A stretch of DNA of 64,000 bases. Source: Vicinamibacterales bacterium (GTDB lineage Bacteria; Acidobacteriota; Vicinamibacteria; Vicinamibacterales; SCN-69-37). Shown piece after piece: positions 56,766 to 64,000 of this stretch. The first letter of the stretch is position 1. The number at the start of each line of letters is the position of its first letter. Below the pieces are notes generated by a model. It was not told the DNA's origin, searched no databases, and saw nothing but the letters and a program-made list of their open reading frames with translations. The stretch is taken from NCBI GenBank assembly GCA_038918905.1, contig JBCKZS010000002.1:11126-75125 (forward strand), read 5' to 3'. The position numbers and the translations under genes were made by a program.

Positions 56766-57103
56766 GCCAACGCCCGCTCAAAGCTGACGAGACGACGAAT
56801 CCACGCGTTGTAGCGGGCATGCGCGATGTCCGGCGACTCGCGCGCCAACAGCGCATACAGGCGGTGCTCCGGCAGCGGAGCACCGAACGGTACCTCAAAG
56901 CCAAGCTCGCGCAATCTGGGCGCACCGACCTGAACGATGAGCGACGCCAGGGTCTCACGTCCCGCCATCAGGTCGCGAAGGCCCTCGGCCACGACATCGG
57001 CGCCGGGCAGGCCGGCGTAAGACTCTGGCGTCACGGTCCGATTATCGCGCAAACGTCCGCCGATCGGCCACGTCAGAGACTCCAGCGCCGGCCGGTGGAT
57101 CAC
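56753..57103 (-). CDS. Small hypothetical protein, upstream partner of the NTase gene
   Basis: 116-aa ORF starting at GTG with no recognised domain. Start uncertain. Confidence 0.4.
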   Translation of the reverse strand: MIHRPALESLTWPIGGRLRDNRTVTPESYAGLPGADVVAEGLRDLMAGRETLASLIVQVGAPRLRELGFEVPFGAPLPEHRLYALLARESPDIAHARYNAWIRRLVSFERALACAS

Positions 57104-57123
57104 GTATGGACACCACAGACAGC

Positions 57124-57155
57124 ACGGGCGCGGCTGGTTGCCCAGCCGCGCCCGT
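57124..57155 (-). terminator. Terminator hairpin after rpoC
   Basis: Perfect 14-bp stem acgggcgcggctgg/ccagccgcgcccgt with loop ttgc. On the minus strand it is followed by TGCTGTCTGTGGTGT. Confidence 0.6.
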
Positions 57156-57184
57156 CAGGGGACTCGATGATTTGAGGGGTCTGC

Positions 57185-61393
<4,209 letters not shown>

Positions 61394-61396
61394 TGG

Positions 61397-64000
<2,604 letters not shown>

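Overview
Visibly GC-rich bacterial chromosomal window. The gene order and protein sequences look Acidobacteriota-like, but that placement is an inference, not a computed result.

Four blocks:
1. 1-4756: housekeeping genes. These are an OmpA-like gene fragment, a HEAT-like protein, DUF1697, an archaeal/eukaryote-type proS, and aroB.
2. 4807-17952, all on the minus strand: a long type IV pilus supercluster. The order is OM beta-barrel, pilB, pilT, pilC, [sigma54-type promoter], pilA, VKOR-thioredoxin fusion, ABC ATPase, ABC-2 permease, TPR protein, pilD, [palindromic element], then four minor-pilin/pseudopilin-like genes. Most junctions are ATGA/GTGA start-stop overlaps.
3. 18089-27257, plus strand except the last gene: a Yip1-like protein, a MacA-like adaptor, two MacB-type permeases with no ATPase, a second EF-G paralog and a lytic transglycosylase. 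A striking 8-bp tandem-repeat array follows, and then a convergent threonine-dehydratase-like gene.
4. 27305-45896 on the minus strand: one uninterrupted ribosomal super-operon (rpsL-rpsG-fusA-rpsJ...rplQ) with no tuf between fusA and rpsJ. rpoC and partial rpoB lie at 57185-64000.

Between rpsL and rpoC sits an ~11-kb non-ribosomal wedge (45897-57184). It holds several apparently frameshifted or truncated genes, an orphan MNT-type nucleotidyltransferase, and an uncharacterised two-gene nucleotidyltransferase module directly after the rpoC terminator.

Recurrent non-coding structure:
- A 20-27-bp perfect palindromic element at two loci.
- 8-bp-period microsatellites at many gene 3' ends.
- In-frame 9-bp and 18-bp tandem repeats inside pilus genes.

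I recognised no rRNA, tRNA, CRISPR array, transposase or integrase. Many long ORFs in the track are antisense or off-frame shadows typical of GC-rich DNA and were not called.
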